From Octopus sinensis (Eukaryota): a DNA stretch of 64,000 nt. Each line of letters starts with the position of its first letter. Positions within the stretch are counted from its first letter, which is position 1. The stretch lies in assembly GCF_006345805.1 (NCBI RefSeq), contig NW_021833051.1, positions 1 through 64,000 of the forward strand, written 5' to 3'. The notes under the pieces were generated by a model. The model worked only from the letters and a program-made list of their open reading frames with translations. It did no database searches and was not told the origin of the DNA. Below are positions 41,836 through 55,774 of the stretch, piece by piece. The position numbers and the translations under genes are program-made.

Positions 41836-42677
41836 GAACATATCGACATCTCCTGACATTCGTTTGGATACCCCAGCATCTACATAAGCACTCCAGATTC
41901 TGCCCCCATTGCTAAAACTGGTCTCACCTTAGTAGCTGTCACGAAATAACTCTGAGTACGCGCATATTTAAACCTGGCCGTAAAGTTAATATTTGTAGTA
42001 GCCAGAGGCAGTAATAAACCTAACCATTCCTGTTGCGATATTTTAAACGATAGCAAGAGGACAATGTGTCTGCTAGAAGATTGCATAACAAAATCTGAAC
42101 AATAATATAGCTAGAAGACTTGGATAATAAATATTCAATAAATATGGTAATTGGATTACAAGAAGAAAATATCAATACAATAATGATCCAAACAAAAATA
42201 GGAAGAAACTAGTTAAAAATAACTGAGATATCTGGTCCTTTGTCAAGATGAATTCTACCCTCTGTCTCATTTCACCATTATTACAAGATTTGAATTTCAA
42301 ATATATTCACTTGAATTTGAAGAGGTTTTCGTCAGCCAGAGTTAATTCAGCTGAAAGTAAAATATGAAATATGGTAATATGCTGTGAGGAGAAGAAAACT
42401 TTGAGATTCAGGCAGAGATCTTTAGCGAAAACTGACGTAATATAAAGATGTAGTCCATAAATATATAAAAATGATAGTGGAACACAAAATATACGAGTGA
42501 AAAGTCCTTTAGATTTTCCTGTTCGATATTTCACTTACTTATGAATCTTCACAATAGCGATCTATCTTCATCTTTTTTCTTTATTATTTTCTCTCTATAC
42601 TTTGCCCAAACTTTTCGCCCACTTAAAACGACTTAAAATTCCCTGTTCACATCACATCTTTTAACAATTCAAACTAC

Positions 42678-43190
42678 GGTAATGCCTCGACTATCGCGGG
42701 TGCTACGTTCCAAAACCCGGCGCGTGAGGTGAAAATCCGCGAAGTAGAAACAGTGCTGTACTGTATAAAGGCGGCGAGCTGGCAGAAACGTTAGCACGCC
42801 GGGCGAAATGCTTAGCGGTATTTCGTCTGCCGTTGCGTTTTGAGTTCAAATTCCGCCGAGGTCGACTTTGCCTTTCATCCTTTCAGGGTCGATAAATTAA
42901 GTACCAGTTACGCACTGGGGTCGATGTAATCGACTTAATTCCTTTGTTTGTTCTTGTTGTTTGTTCTTGTTGTTTGTCCCTTCTACGTTTAGCTCCTTGT
43001 GGGCAATAAAGAAATAAGAAACAGTGCTGTACTGTATTTTTTTTAATAATTTTTATAATTTGTATATATTTATTTTATCATAAATGCAAAACAACACTAC
43101 GGATGAATCGACGTAAACTTAAATAATAATACTCGATATGTGAAACGCAATAGGTGAACCGCGATAGGTGAATCGCGATATATATTTACT
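42678..43190. mobile_element. Tc1/pogo(Tigger)-like MITE remnant hosting a SINE
   Basis: CGGTAATGCCTCGACTATCGCG left end; CCGCGATAGGTGAATCGCGATA right subterminal repeats. Confidence 0.55.
42767..43016 (+). mobile_element. SINE type B with tail 1 and a 21-bp TSD
   Basis: AGAAACAGTGCTGTACTGTAT at 42746-42766 and 43017-43037. Confidence 0.92.
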
Positions 43191-43513
43191 TCTTTCATCT
43201 TTTACATGTCCCAGTGATTAGACTGTGGCCATGCTGGGGTACCATCTTGAAGAATCCTTAGTCGAATTAATTGGCTCCAGTGTTTACTCTGTCGGTCTCT
43301 TATTGCCAAACCGTTAAGTTACGGGGACATTAACAAACTGACATTGGTTGTCAAGCACAGTGGTGGGACAAATAAAGATACACACACACACATACACACT
43401 CACACACACATACACAAATAATAAAGGTGGCTTATACAATATACAACCGAAAGGCAGAGCTATAGACGTCACTAAAGTGACTAAGGGTACCAGTAAGCGC
43501 CAGTATTGCTAGA

Positions 43514-43850
43514 AATAAGAGTCAAAACAACTCTTTGCCACAACAAACCACTTATCTTATGACTGACAAGAGAATCAAGCTCCCTACAGCATCCAGGGCA
43601 TAACTAGACCACTAGTGATTTTGCATTTATATTAATGCTCATCAGTGGCTCTTACTCAGCTGCCTAGGATTAAGCTGGCTTGCTTTGTGAGTTTATAAGG
43701 TTTACCATAGAAACCCTATGCTGATTTCATGAACAGAAAAAGTGAAAATTAAAAATAATAAAAGTGGCTTATTCGTAATTTACAAACGAATTCCTTGTCA
43801 GTCATAAAATAAGTGCTTTCTCGTGGCTAAGAGTTGTTTTGACTCCTATT
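43514..43850. mobile_element. MITE-like element with 57-bp imperfect TIRs
   Basis: 43514-43570 vs reverse complement of 43794-43850, about 6 mismatches. Confidence 0.7.
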
Positions 43851-43941
43851 CTTTTTTCTTCTCTTTCTTCATCTCATTTCTTTACTCCTGTCCTCTCTAT
43901 CGTTATTTCATTAATCTATACTCTTTTCATTTTCCCTATTT

Positions 43942-43997
43942 GTCTCCGATGAGGGAATATCCCATACTCTGGGATATCCCAGAAACAGCTGTAAGAC
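43942..43997 (+). ncRNA. Minimal type I hammerhead ribozyme motif, U4C core variant
   Basis: GTCT-CCGATGA-GGGAATATCCCA(TACTC)TGGGATATCCC-A-GAAAC-AGCT-GTA-AGAC. Confidence 0.72.
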
Positions 43998-44244
43998 TTT
44001 GAATTTTTTCCCAATAATAGTAATGTATATGACTTGAGATGTTTGCCTTGCCTTAACGTTTGTTGTCTTCTTTAACAATCATATATCCGCTGCATCGGAA
44101 ATCTGCAATGGCTCCATAACTACCGTCTCGGCTACAACCTTGGAGCCCTAGTAATCCGTTACAGCACTTACCTAGCGTATCTAGTCACTTAGATCACCTT
44201 TGAACTAAACCCCATATTTTGTGTGTATTATATATATATATATA

Positions 44245-44314
<70 letters not shown>

Positions 44315-44320
44315 TATATC

Positions 44321-44733
44321 TCTGTTTTTACTTGTTTCAGTCATTTGACTGCGGCCATACTGGAGCACCGCCTTTAGTCGAGCAAATCGACCCCAGACTT
44401 ATTCTTTGTAAGCCTAGTACTTATTCTATCGGTCTATTTTGCCGAACCGCTAAGTTACGGAGGACGTAAACACACACTAGTATCGGTTGTCAAGCGATGT
44501 TGGGGGGACAAACACAGACACACAAACATATACACATACATACATATCTATATATATATACATACATATATACGACGGGCTTCTTTCAGTTTCCGTCTAC
44601 CAAATCCACCCACAAGGCCTTGGTTGGCCCGAGGCTATAGAAGAAGACACTTACCCGAGGTGCCACGCAGTGAGACTAAACCCGGAACCATATGGTTCGT
44701 AAGCAAGCTACTAACCACACAACCACTCCAACG
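44321..44733 (-). mobile_element. SINE type A, near full length
   Basis: Well-preserved head, core and tail. Confidence 0.88.
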
Positions 44734-44737
44734 CCAA

Positions 44738-44777
<40 letters not shown>

Positions 44778-45319
44778 TAATATATATATATATATATATA
44801 TGCACATAAATATATAAAAAAATTAAAAATGCAATTATCCAAATTATAAAATTCCGAGAGACATTATTACATAACGGTTTCACTTGAATTGATCATTGCA
44901 TTGTATTGTCCATGTATAATGGTTAGCCATTAGCATTCATTTAGCATACACGGAAATAGCCACATCATAAACGCACTTAGAAAAGGGATTAACATTAGAG
45001 AAAATCCACTCAACGAACATTTAGATGGATGTGCTGGAACTCGACAGAAGATTTTTGAACTATTCCCATTACATCAACGAACTGAAAATACAACAGGACA
45101 AGAAAGAATTAACAAAGAAACATTTCTATTCGAAAAATGTTGAGCAAGTTTTAATTTAATTATCAACGTTCACGAAAATAGATTGGTCTTCCTACTTTTT
45201 AAATATTCAAGGTATATACTGTCACCCACTTTGCTGCTTAGTGGGATTATAATAAATTTCGGTTGCTAACGAACATAGTTACCTCTCTAGATACCAAAAA
45301 CATCCGTCTCCTCCTCTTT

Positions 45320-45384
<65 letters not shown>

Positions 45385-45386
<2 letters not shown>

Positions 45387-46075
45387 GAGTCTATCGTCAA
45401 TATTGTCACGCCTCCTTCCTTCAAACGGGAAGGAAGAGCTATTTTCATCATCCTTGTGGCTATGGCGAAAGAATGTATCTGGTGGACGCGTCTGAAAGGA
45501 TTGGAGACAAACACTTTCCTCTCTGGTCAATCTCTCATCAACTTCTTCAAGTACCACTTGAAAAGGAAAGTGAGAGTAGAGAGGCAAGTTTTGTCTAGCG
45601 AATGTTAAAAAAAAAGATGGGTGAATGTAGCAAGAATGGCACGTATGAATGACGAAGCCACCTTGAGCATAGTCCTATGAACCAGAAATCGAAAACAGAG
45701 AGTTGCTTATTTGCAAAAAAAAAAAAAAAAAAAAAAAGAAATATAAAATGTGACTTCATTGACCGAGGTTACCGTGGCTTTTCCGCAGGCTTTTCTTCCA
45801 CGGGTAAACCTCACCTGTCCTCCCCTTACACTTCATATTGACATTTCTGTGATAACGATCCCTATTGATCATTTTTTTTTCCTCTCCCCCCCCCCTTTTT
45901 TTTTTAACCCCCTTATTTTTGTCCTCTTTCTCCTTTTACGATCCCTTTTGATCGAACCTCCCCTTCCTTCTTTTTTTTCTTTTTTTTTTTTTTTTTTTTA
46001 ATACCTTCAAAAGAAAAGCTCTACCTTGTAATTTGTTCTATCTGTGTGCAGCCCTGTGTGGCTAATAAAGAAACA
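45385..46075 (+). mobile_element. Tx1-like LINE 3' fragment inside a (CTAT)n array
   Basis: ESIVNIVTPPSFKREGRAIFIILVAMAKECIWWTRLKGLETNTFLSGQSLINFFKYHLKRK; 3' end GCCCTGTGTGGCTAATAAAGAAAC; (CTAT)n at 45322-45384 and 46078-46686. Confidence 0.85.
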
Positions 46076-46089
46076 TATCTATCTATCTA

Positions 46090-46127
<38 letters not shown>

Positions 46128-46145
46128 CGTCCGTCCGTCCGTCTG

Positions 46146-46251
<106 letters not shown>

Positions 46252-46281
46252 CGTCCTTCCGTCCGTCCGTCCGTCCGTCTG

Positions 46282-46347
<66 letters not shown>

Positions 46348-46348
46348 C

Positions 46349-46447
<99 letters not shown>

Positions 46448-46474
46448 CTTCCGTCCGTCCGTCCGTCCATCTAC

Positions 46475-46536
<62 letters not shown>

Positions 46537-46580
46537 GTCTGTCTGTCTGTCTGTCTGTCCTTCCGTCCGTCCGTCCGTCC

Positions 46581-46686
<106 letters not shown>

Positions 46687-48344
46687 TATTTTAGCTGTGT
46701 ATGTATGTGTAGTGTGAGTGTGGTACGCACAATTGTCCAAGAAAATTATACCCACATGCTACTGAAAAACACGATACTATAGTAACGTACATTTGTCTAT
46801 AGTACTGTGTAGGGAATTCCAGGAACCATGGGATTGCGATTTGAATTTGGTAACTACATAAACAGCCATTCAAATTATAATATTCTAGAAACCCGTTTGA
46901 ATCGTTATATAACTACCAACGAGAACTTTCAGATTATATGAACAACACTAATTCATCCCAATGTACTGCTTTTGGGATTGTTGACGTAACATCTGTGAAA
47001 GCTAGCTTTATCTATTTATCCCCTGTGTACATTACACAGAAGGTGGTGATTACACAGTACATAAATTAAAGGTTTTACAAGTAAACTGAACATTCTGACA
47101 GCTATTTAAATACATACCACAGTATGTCGGTTAATGTTAACTGACAGTAACTTACTTTTAACTAAAGTTTTCTGATTTCACCAGGCTCTCATAACACTTT
47201 TTGTGTCATACACGCAACGAGAAACATTTTAAACTCTGCTTTTCTATTAGCCCCTATTCTACAAAGTACTCCAAAAGCTGAAAAAGCAAGAGTCCCTTTA
47301 GTATTAATCGATTAGATAGTCGTTAGAAACTATAATTATGTCGTGACTGCTTCTATTTCGAATCCTGCCAGTTCCAGTGGGAATTCTTCTTCAAATTAAA
47401 CTATTGTAATTAAAAACGGAAATCAAAATGGCTTCATTTTCTCAAATGACTCGCTACTTCAACATTTAATAGAGATTTCCCTCCTATTTGTTGGTTTTTA
47501 ATTTGGCAGCAATTTTTCTATGGAAGCTATTAACGTTAACACAAGAATAAACAAAAGATGATTATTGTGGCGTTAACAGTAAAGTTATTTCACATTGGTT
47601 CAATAGAAAAGAAGAAGAAGAAGAAGAGAAAGAAGGAATCTGCTGCAGAAATTGACGGACCTATTTCTAAAACTGACGTTTGTAAGATATAATTATAGTC
47701 TTTAGGATATGAGCGACGTATTTACACTGTAACACACTAAACATTGATTCAACTGATGTTTGGTTACCGAAGCTTTTGTAGACGGTGATGAGTTGGCAGG
47801 GAAGTGTTTGAAGGTGGGGAAAGCGTTTTGAGTGACTGAGATATTTGTGAGATAGGAGACTTTTTTGAATTGACAGTGTTTAATGGGTTAGAGAGGGGTT
47901 TAGGGGATAGTTGAGATGGTACTTTGAGATGGAGAATATTTTGAATAAGGATGAGAAACAGAGACAGTTCTAGAGGTTGAATAATTTCATAGAACGGGAT
48001 GGGAGAGTAACTGAAAGAAAAAGAGCGAGTGAGAGAGAGAGAAGAGGGGGTGGGGAAGGAAGAGAACGAAAGAAGAGGGAACTTTAGAAATGACAGAAAG
48101 GGAGCCGATTGAAATTGATGTTTATGAAATTGTTCGGAACGTAAAAGGTTTTGAAATATGCACTGAGATGTTTAGACAGGTATCTTTCACAATAGAATTG
48201 CTTGAAAAAGGAGATAATTACGAGTTTAAGAATTCAGTATCAGAAATTTCGTATTAGAAGTAAGAGACAGCGATATTTGGAACCGTGGTATTGGTATATA
48301 GAGTTGGGTATATGAAACCATAGATTTTAGAGCAAAGAGGGATA

Positions 48345-48850
48345 AATTTTGTGGAAATTAGCTGCCCACCGGATGTTAACATAAAGCTGAGGATCAGCGA
48401 AAAAGAGAACATCTATGCTGAACTATTGAGAAACCCGCAGTTACTCTATCCAGATTACAAGTTCAGGTTTATACCTGTAATTACTGGGGCACTGGGATAT
48501 GTAACATACTGCTTAAATACCAATCTTGAGAAATTAGGCTTCCAAAACCAGAAAGGAGAAAGCTAATTCGAAGACTACAGATCCAATCCATCACTGGAAC
48601 TGTAAAAATCTGTAAAACTTTCCAGAAGTTTATTATTTAAATATATATGAGCATGTCTAGATATGTAACTATATGCATGAGAATACATACAAAAAAAAAA
48701 CATACAAATCTGCACATACATACATACATACAAAAATACCCTGTTGTTGATGTTGAAATTCCAATGAAGGAGGCTTGGATCTAGGTTAGAAATCGGTTCT
48801 TTCTCTATTTCAAGAAATCTTGAAATAAAATGAATAATGACATACATACA
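48345..48850 (+). mobile_element. RLE-class element 3' fragment (same family as 33185) with a longer 3' UTR
   Basis: VEISCPPDVNIKLRISEKENIYAELLRN...IPVITGALG; UTR has internal and terminal ACAT repeats. Confidence 0.85.
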
Positions 48851-48980
48851 TATTATTCTTAAACAAGAATGTTGTTGATAGTGACTTCGAAGTTTTGGCC
48901 AGTTTACCCATCGTCACCGATGGCTAAACTGGCCTAAACTTCAAAATCACTGTCAACAACATTCTTGTTTAAGAATAATA
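48851..48980. repeat. 130-bp hairpin palindrome (MITE-like, TA ends)
   Basis: TATTATTCTTAAACAAGAATGTTGTTGA...CCATCG(TCAC)CGATGG...TCAACAACATTCTTGTTTAAGAATAATA. Confidence 0.9.
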
Positions 48981-49063
48981 AACTTGTACTCTACAAAGTA
49001 CAGAGTAACCTATCAGATTAATGTAAAATTGTTTTTATTATAACTGAACATAAAAACATAAAA

Positions 49064-49147
<84 letters not shown>

Positions 49148-49574
49148 TATATACAGAGACACACATAGACAATAGACAGACACACCAAATATACACAAGT
49201 ACATATATTTACTATCGAGATTTTGATGCAGAAACCCAATGGTGTGAGTAAAGTTGATGTCACGAATATTTGAAGAAAGAAACGAACAAGAAAAAAAAAG
49301 CATCTTAGGTAAAAATCACAGGTGAGAAAACAAGACGCTAATCGAAGAAAGATAATTCATATTTCTGTTCTTCTCAGGAAGAAAAATGTAATTAAACTTA
49401 GACAAAATAGGCGTAGAGGTGTGGTTGTGAAGATCACTTTTCAACTGCATGACTCCTGGTTCGATACCATTGTACGAAAGATACCACTGTACGGAATCTT
49501 GCAAGTGAAACTCTGTAGACAGACGAAACCTGTACACACACACACACACGCTATAGAATATGATATTTGCTCTT

Positions 49575-49905
49575 GAAGGATTTTAGCCAAAAGAATCGAC
49601 CTAGGACTTATTATTTGTAAGCCTAGTACATATTTTATCGTTCTCTTTTGCCGAACCGTTAGGTAACGGAGATGTAACACACCACCACCGGTTGTCGAAC
49701 AGTGAAGGGGACGAGCACACCCACGCGCGCGCACAAGCATACACACACATATACGACAGGCTTCTTTCAGTTTCCGTCTGCCAAATCCATTCACAAGGCT
49801 TTGGTCGGCCCGAAGCTACAGTAGAAAACACTTGCCCAGGGTGCCACGCAGTGGGACTGAACCCGGAACCATGTAGTTGGGAATCGAGCTTCTTGCCACA
49901 CCGCC
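49575..49905 (-). mobile_element. SINE type A
   Basis: Matches the type A pattern. Confidence 0.8.
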
Positions 49906-49967
49906 ATATGTATAATATATAATATTTAATGTATATGTACGTACACATATATATATATATATATAAT

Positions 49968-50019
<52 letters not shown>

Positions 50020-50265
50020 CATTTATGTTAACATTCGATCCTCTTTTCAAGAAATCTAATGCCCGTGGCTTAGTTTTTCTTTGGGGTTGGCCGAATCGGA
50101 GCGATATCGAGATTAAACAGCCGAAATTGCTAAGATGATCCGGTTTCCGACTGAAGATTAGAGGCTTCGAGTGTCCCGTCTGTTTTTTTTGTGTCGTCTC
50201 CTTGTGTGTTTTTGCGTTCTTGTCCCACTTTGTAATTTATAATTTATATTTAATTTCTATATACA

Positions 50266-50323
<58 letters not shown>

Positions 50324-50329
50324 AAAAAT

Positions 50330-50620
50330 GGTTGTGAGTTCGATTCCCGGACCGGGCTGTGTGTTGTGTTCTTGAACAAGACACTTTATTTAACGTTGCT
50401 CTATTAACTCAACTGTAAAAATGAGTTGCGACACCACTGGTGCCAAACTGTATCGGCCTTTACCTTTTCCATGGATGACATCAGTGGTGTGGAGAGGAGA
50501 GGCTGGTATGCATGGGCGATTGCTGGCTTTCCACAAACAACCTTGCCCGGACTTGTGCCTCGGAGGGTAACTTTCTAGGTGCAATCCCATGGTCATTCAT
50601 GATCGAAGGGGTTCTCCTCC
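50330..50620 (+). mobile_element. SINE type C, 5'-truncated
   Basis: GAGTTCGATTCCCGGACCGGGCTG and tail GGTGCAATCCCATGGTCATTCATG. Confidence 0.82.
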
Positions 50621-50656
<36 letters not shown>

Positions 50657-52704
50657 TATATATATATATATACTCTATTTTACTCGTTTCTGTCATGTGA
50701 CTGTGGCCATGCTGGAGCACCACCTTTAGTCGAATAAATAGACCCTAGGACTTATTCTATGTAAGCCTAGTACATATTCTATCGGTCTCTTTTTATTTAT
50801 AATAAGTTATATATATTTTCTTACTATTCTCTATAATTTATTATTATTGTGTTTTCTTATTTTAATATCTTTAGCTGTTAACCTCTTATCTCTTATAAGT
50901 TATTAATGTTCTTAAAGAGAAATATAAACGTTTTAGTTACTTAAGTCTAGAAGATTTGATTATAACATACCCATAATAAGGTACAAATATTTGTGTATAT
51001 TTGCAATGTGTGCACATAGTTGAATATGTGTATGTATCTGTGCATAACTTATTTTTCGGAATTTTTTTCTGATTCTTAGCTTATAACTAATATAAATATA
51101 ACATGATTTATCGCCCCAGTATTCTACAAGTAAATACCCAGAGCAATCTTTATAGAAACCACCTTATAAGTAAGTAACTAAGTGCTGGTATGGATATGAA
51201 ACTAATTCAATGTAATCTTCTCTTTCTAATGTTGAAAATTGGTATATATACACAGTTTATCTGTTCTGGTTATAATATCATTTTTACTAATCTTAAATTT
51301 TATCTGCATGCAACATAATATTGTTTATATACAATCATCCATGGTACCCCATGATAATTTCCTCTGTATTAACATCATAGGTTTTATTAGCGTCTTGCCC
51401 TTTTAACTGGTTATTAACATCTTGATTTAGGGTCTTCCCTACCCAGCCTCCTTTATAGACAGTTACTTATACATTTACTAAATCCTGACAATATTTATGA
51501 CCATACCCAACTATAAACTGTCAACTCACTCTGTCTATCCATTCTAAACAGACATATATATGTGTGTGTTCTCTAGCCTTAGATTTGGTAGTTGATAAAA
51601 AAAGACTAATAAATTAACAGTGAACCACAATCATTTACAAATTATGACCCTAACAAACTCCATACAGTTCTTAGAAGTGTAGTATATTCTGAGTCACATT
51701 AGTAGCAACATGGACTTTCTCCCTCTTCTTGCTCTATTAGAGAATTTGAGTAAAATTATATTAATGTGTCCAACTGATTAAAAAATTCTATTTATTAACG
51801 AAGCTGAGGATAGCCCTGCATTTAAATTGATGAAATGATTGCATTGTTCAATTAAATGGAGACGCTTGAAACGGTCGTACTGCATCACCTCTTGTTATCC
51901 TGTTGTATTATATATATATATATATGCTATACTACACACACACACAAACACACACACAAAGACATATACACGTTAATATCAAACAGTGAGAATGAGAGCT
52001 CAAAATCGCATTGTTACATGAATATTCTTTATTTGTGGGCTAACAGAGCAACCACCGGTTTCATGCAGTGAGGTTTCTCAGCAATTATCAAGCCTGTCGC
52101 ATAGGACATTGGTACTCGCCTCCATCTTGGAGCATTCATTCGGTGTCGAGCATTTGTCATCACTATTCGACATTAACGTCTAAAAGCTTGCGGTGTACTT
52201 AAACACCGGATGAGCACTAAACACGAACACAGAGAGTCAAAACAAAAAAAAATGGAAAAGCACGAAGGGAAAACAACACTGAAGAATATATATACATATA
52301 AAATCATTATTGATGTAGCAGCAACAGTATATATAGATACTAGCATGAAACAAATTATGAATGAGAGAACATAATCTAAAAAATATGAGCTACATATTAA
52401 AATGATCTATCTAGGACGCAATAAATATTTGTAAGGCCTTCTTACGATTTAAAGGGTGAATGATTGCGCAGATATTGGCGAAAAGAACACGGCAGCATTT
52501 TTAATATCTATTTTTTAAATTTAGCAACTGTGTAGGCTGCTGGTAAAAATAGATATTAATACACCGACGAGGAACATCATATATGTATGACTCATACATA
52601 CATACATGTATAAATGTATATATATATATATACATACATGCATATATATATACACATATATGTATATTAATGTATGTATGTACGTATGTATGTATATATG
52701 TATG

Positions 52705-52736
<32 letters not shown>

Positions 52737-52766
52737 ATATATATTATATATATATATATATATATC

Positions 52767-53139
52767 TCTATATATAAACGGCAGTTTGTCTGTGCGTTTT
52801 TCTGTGTGTCTGTTTTCTCGTACCCTCACTCTGACCACGGCTTCAACGATTCTGATGAAACTTGACACACACATAGCCCAATGTCATAATTCAAAACTAA
52901 CGCAGCGAAAATTTTGAAAAGTTTCCCCAGTTCTGAAAAAAATCGATAAATTCGACATGGGGTCGAGAATCAGAAACCCAAACCACAGACCGTCTAGGGA
53001 CGCAACTCCACCTTTTTTAACTCTCAAAAAAATTACCATCATTTCTTTCCATTTTTTTGCTATTTTTTGGCTATAACTCTCTAAAATGCTTTATAGTTAT
53101 TTCCCTTACAAACCTGAGCAACGCCGGGCGATACTGCTA

Positions 53140-53140
<1 letters not shown>
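52767..53140 (+). mobile_element. Non-autonomous Helitron-like element, copy 2
   Basis: Colinear with 27787-28168; TC...CTAG ends inside (TA)n. Confidence 0.87.
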
Positions 53141-53217
<77 letters not shown>

Positions 53218-53488
53218 GTATATGTATATATATGTATATATATGAATATATGTATATATATATAGTCAATCCAAAACATGAATAAGCAAGAAAAAACTAC
53301 AACGCGATGATATGGAATGAGTACGCATTCACACGTATACGTTCATATTTGTACGCATATACATGAACATATACACAAATAAGTGTGTATATGTGTGCAT
53401 AACACAAAAACATACATATATGCACACACACACACATATCTGTACATGCATGTATATATGTTTATAATAGCATATATATGTATTTCAC

Positions 53489-53522
<34 letters not shown>

Positions 53523-53661
53523 GCCTGTCTAACTTTCTGTCTATCTCCTTCCCTATCTTTCTCTCTCTTCCTGTTTGTATATAAATATATACATATATAC
53601 ATACATACACACACACACACATACATACATACATACATGCATACATACATACATACATACA

Positions 53662-53695
<34 letters not shown>

Positions 53696-54396
53696 CCAGG
53701 CCCTATATAAGGCTTTATACACGCTTTAAATATAGACACTAGCTCACACACTGATTACGCAGATTATACACACTATTTTCGTTTTACTGTAGCAACATTC
53801 TGTTTCTACATTTTTTGTCAAATTTTTCAGTCTTCCAACATAATTAGAAGACGGTCTTCTACCATAATTAGGAAACACACGCGCACGCAGCCCGCATTCG
53901 TATATATCGTAGAAACACATATACGCACATGTGAACAGTAAACGTATATAATCATATGGAAATAGACATACACAGGTGTACAGAGACACACGCAGACATA
54001 GAAGCACACACACACACACACACACATACAGATACACACATATATATATACATATACATACACTATATAGAAATATAGAGCCACATATACGGGTACACAC
54101 ACACACAGATATGTACATATTTACTCACACACATATGCACACGCGTAGTCACATATTTAGATTTTACATGGCCATACATGTAAATAGTAATTTATTGATT
54201 TATATATCGATTTTCTTGAGAACTACCAATCTGACATGTAATTGCTTCCATCTGATCTCGTCATTCTGATGTTTACCTTTCGGCTTCTACAGCTTCTGCC
54301 GTTTCCACAGAGTTTTCTATTGATACTCTGGCGTAATACAGGTTCCAACGTCAATGATATTCCTTGCATTTCGTCAGCATTTCACTATTTCTAACC

Positions 54397-54473
<77 letters not shown>

Positions 54474-54616
54474 ATATAGTTATCGCAAAGCTAACATGGC
54501 AGTCCCCCAAAATAGGACGAATGCTGCCGTTGATTAGCTCCAGGAGGCACACGAACCTGTGTCCATTATAACCTTTGAACAGGGGAAGTCAGCCGCATCC
54601 CCTTGCTGATCTGGCA

Positions 54617-54659
54617 TCTACAGACTAATTTCAGGGTATTTGCCCCTTATCAATGTAGA
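54617..54659 (-). ncRNA. Minimal type I hammerhead ribozyme motif, U3-A8 core variant
   Basis: TCTACA-TTGATAA-GGGG(CAAATA)CCCT-GAAAT-TA-GTC-TGTAGA: perfect 6-bp stem I, GUC cleavage triplet. Confidence 0.65.
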
Positions 54660-54734
54660 GTAGCCGAACCCAGCAGGCGTCGTTACTGACCATCTGTTCG
54701 AAGGATTATTTACCTAAAATTCAGTGGAATACCT

Positions 54735-54810
<76 letters not shown>

Positions 54811-54899
54811 CCGTGTATGTATGTATATATTTATTTCTAAATCTTATCTTTTACTTCAATGCATATAGTTTTACTTTCGTCGAAGTGCTGGAAAGGAAA

Positions 54900-55115
54900 T
54901 TGATGGTTTGAATAATGTCTGTTAAATTGGAGTATCGTGAAGAAATCTACGACATATGTAAATGGATCTAAGTGTTGCAACTTATGAGAAACTGAAACAT
55001 CGCATATTCGTTTGAAATCCAAGAATTCTATCGCACTACTTAATAACAGATCCGAAATTTTCAGCAATTGCAAGCACATGGACAGATTTCTTTTGTCGAA
55101 CTGGCGGACATCAAT
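54900..55115 (+). mobile_element. Penelope-like element ORF C-terminus
   Basis: LNWSIVKKSTTYVNGSKCCNL...LLNNRSEIFSNCKHMDRFLL. Confidence 0.75.
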
Positions 55116-55732
55116 CTCTCCGGATTGAGCAGCTGTCATGCTGACTTTGGACTTCTCTCTGTTGAATTATTCTACATCAACTTAATTGTGATTTTTACGG
55201 TCAAAGATGACGTAACTCCATTTTCTCTCTTTTCTCTCCCCTTTCTTTTCTGTTTTTATTCACCCTTTGTCTTCCCATTCCACTTTTGGCATCAACATTC
55301 TCATTTTTTTCTCGTGGTTTCTCACGTACCAGCGTCCTGGTTTTCAAGTAGAACAAACCATAGGCCCAGAACCTAAAGATTGCTTGAAGATACAAGACAC
55401 GTTATAAAAATTTGCCTAACCACGTGTCTCAATGACAAGAAACTATTAGTAGGTTTTATTTTAACATAATGTGCATTAAATGATATCTGTCTCTTACTGG
55501 ATGGAGTGCTTTTCTGTTGGTCCTGCCTCAATGGAAGAGTAAACTATACATACATACATACATACATACATACATACATACATACATACACACACACATA
55601 TGTATAGGAGGGTATTGTAGTTCGCTTGAAGCATTGTGTATTGTTTGTAAAGAATAAAATGTTTTGAATGGTACAACAATGCACTTTAATACAAACAATG
55701 GGCTATGTACCTGTTGTAATTTAGTTATCCAT

Positions 55733-55774
55733 AGTATGATAATATTTCGGAATAAAATTCCTTCTTCAGATATT
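55733..55774 (-). ncRNA. Hammerhead-like motif with an extra A after A9
   Basis: AATAT-CTGAAGA-A-GGAAT(TTT)ATTCC-GAAAT-ATT-ATC-ATACT; stem I 4 of 5 bp, stem III only 2 bp. Confidence 0.45.

Noticed and set aside
47607-47689. Possible small exons here and at 31572-31618, 26500-26560 and 54270-54320
   Set aside because: Short AG...GT-bounded open frames arise by chance; no homology or phase chain supports them
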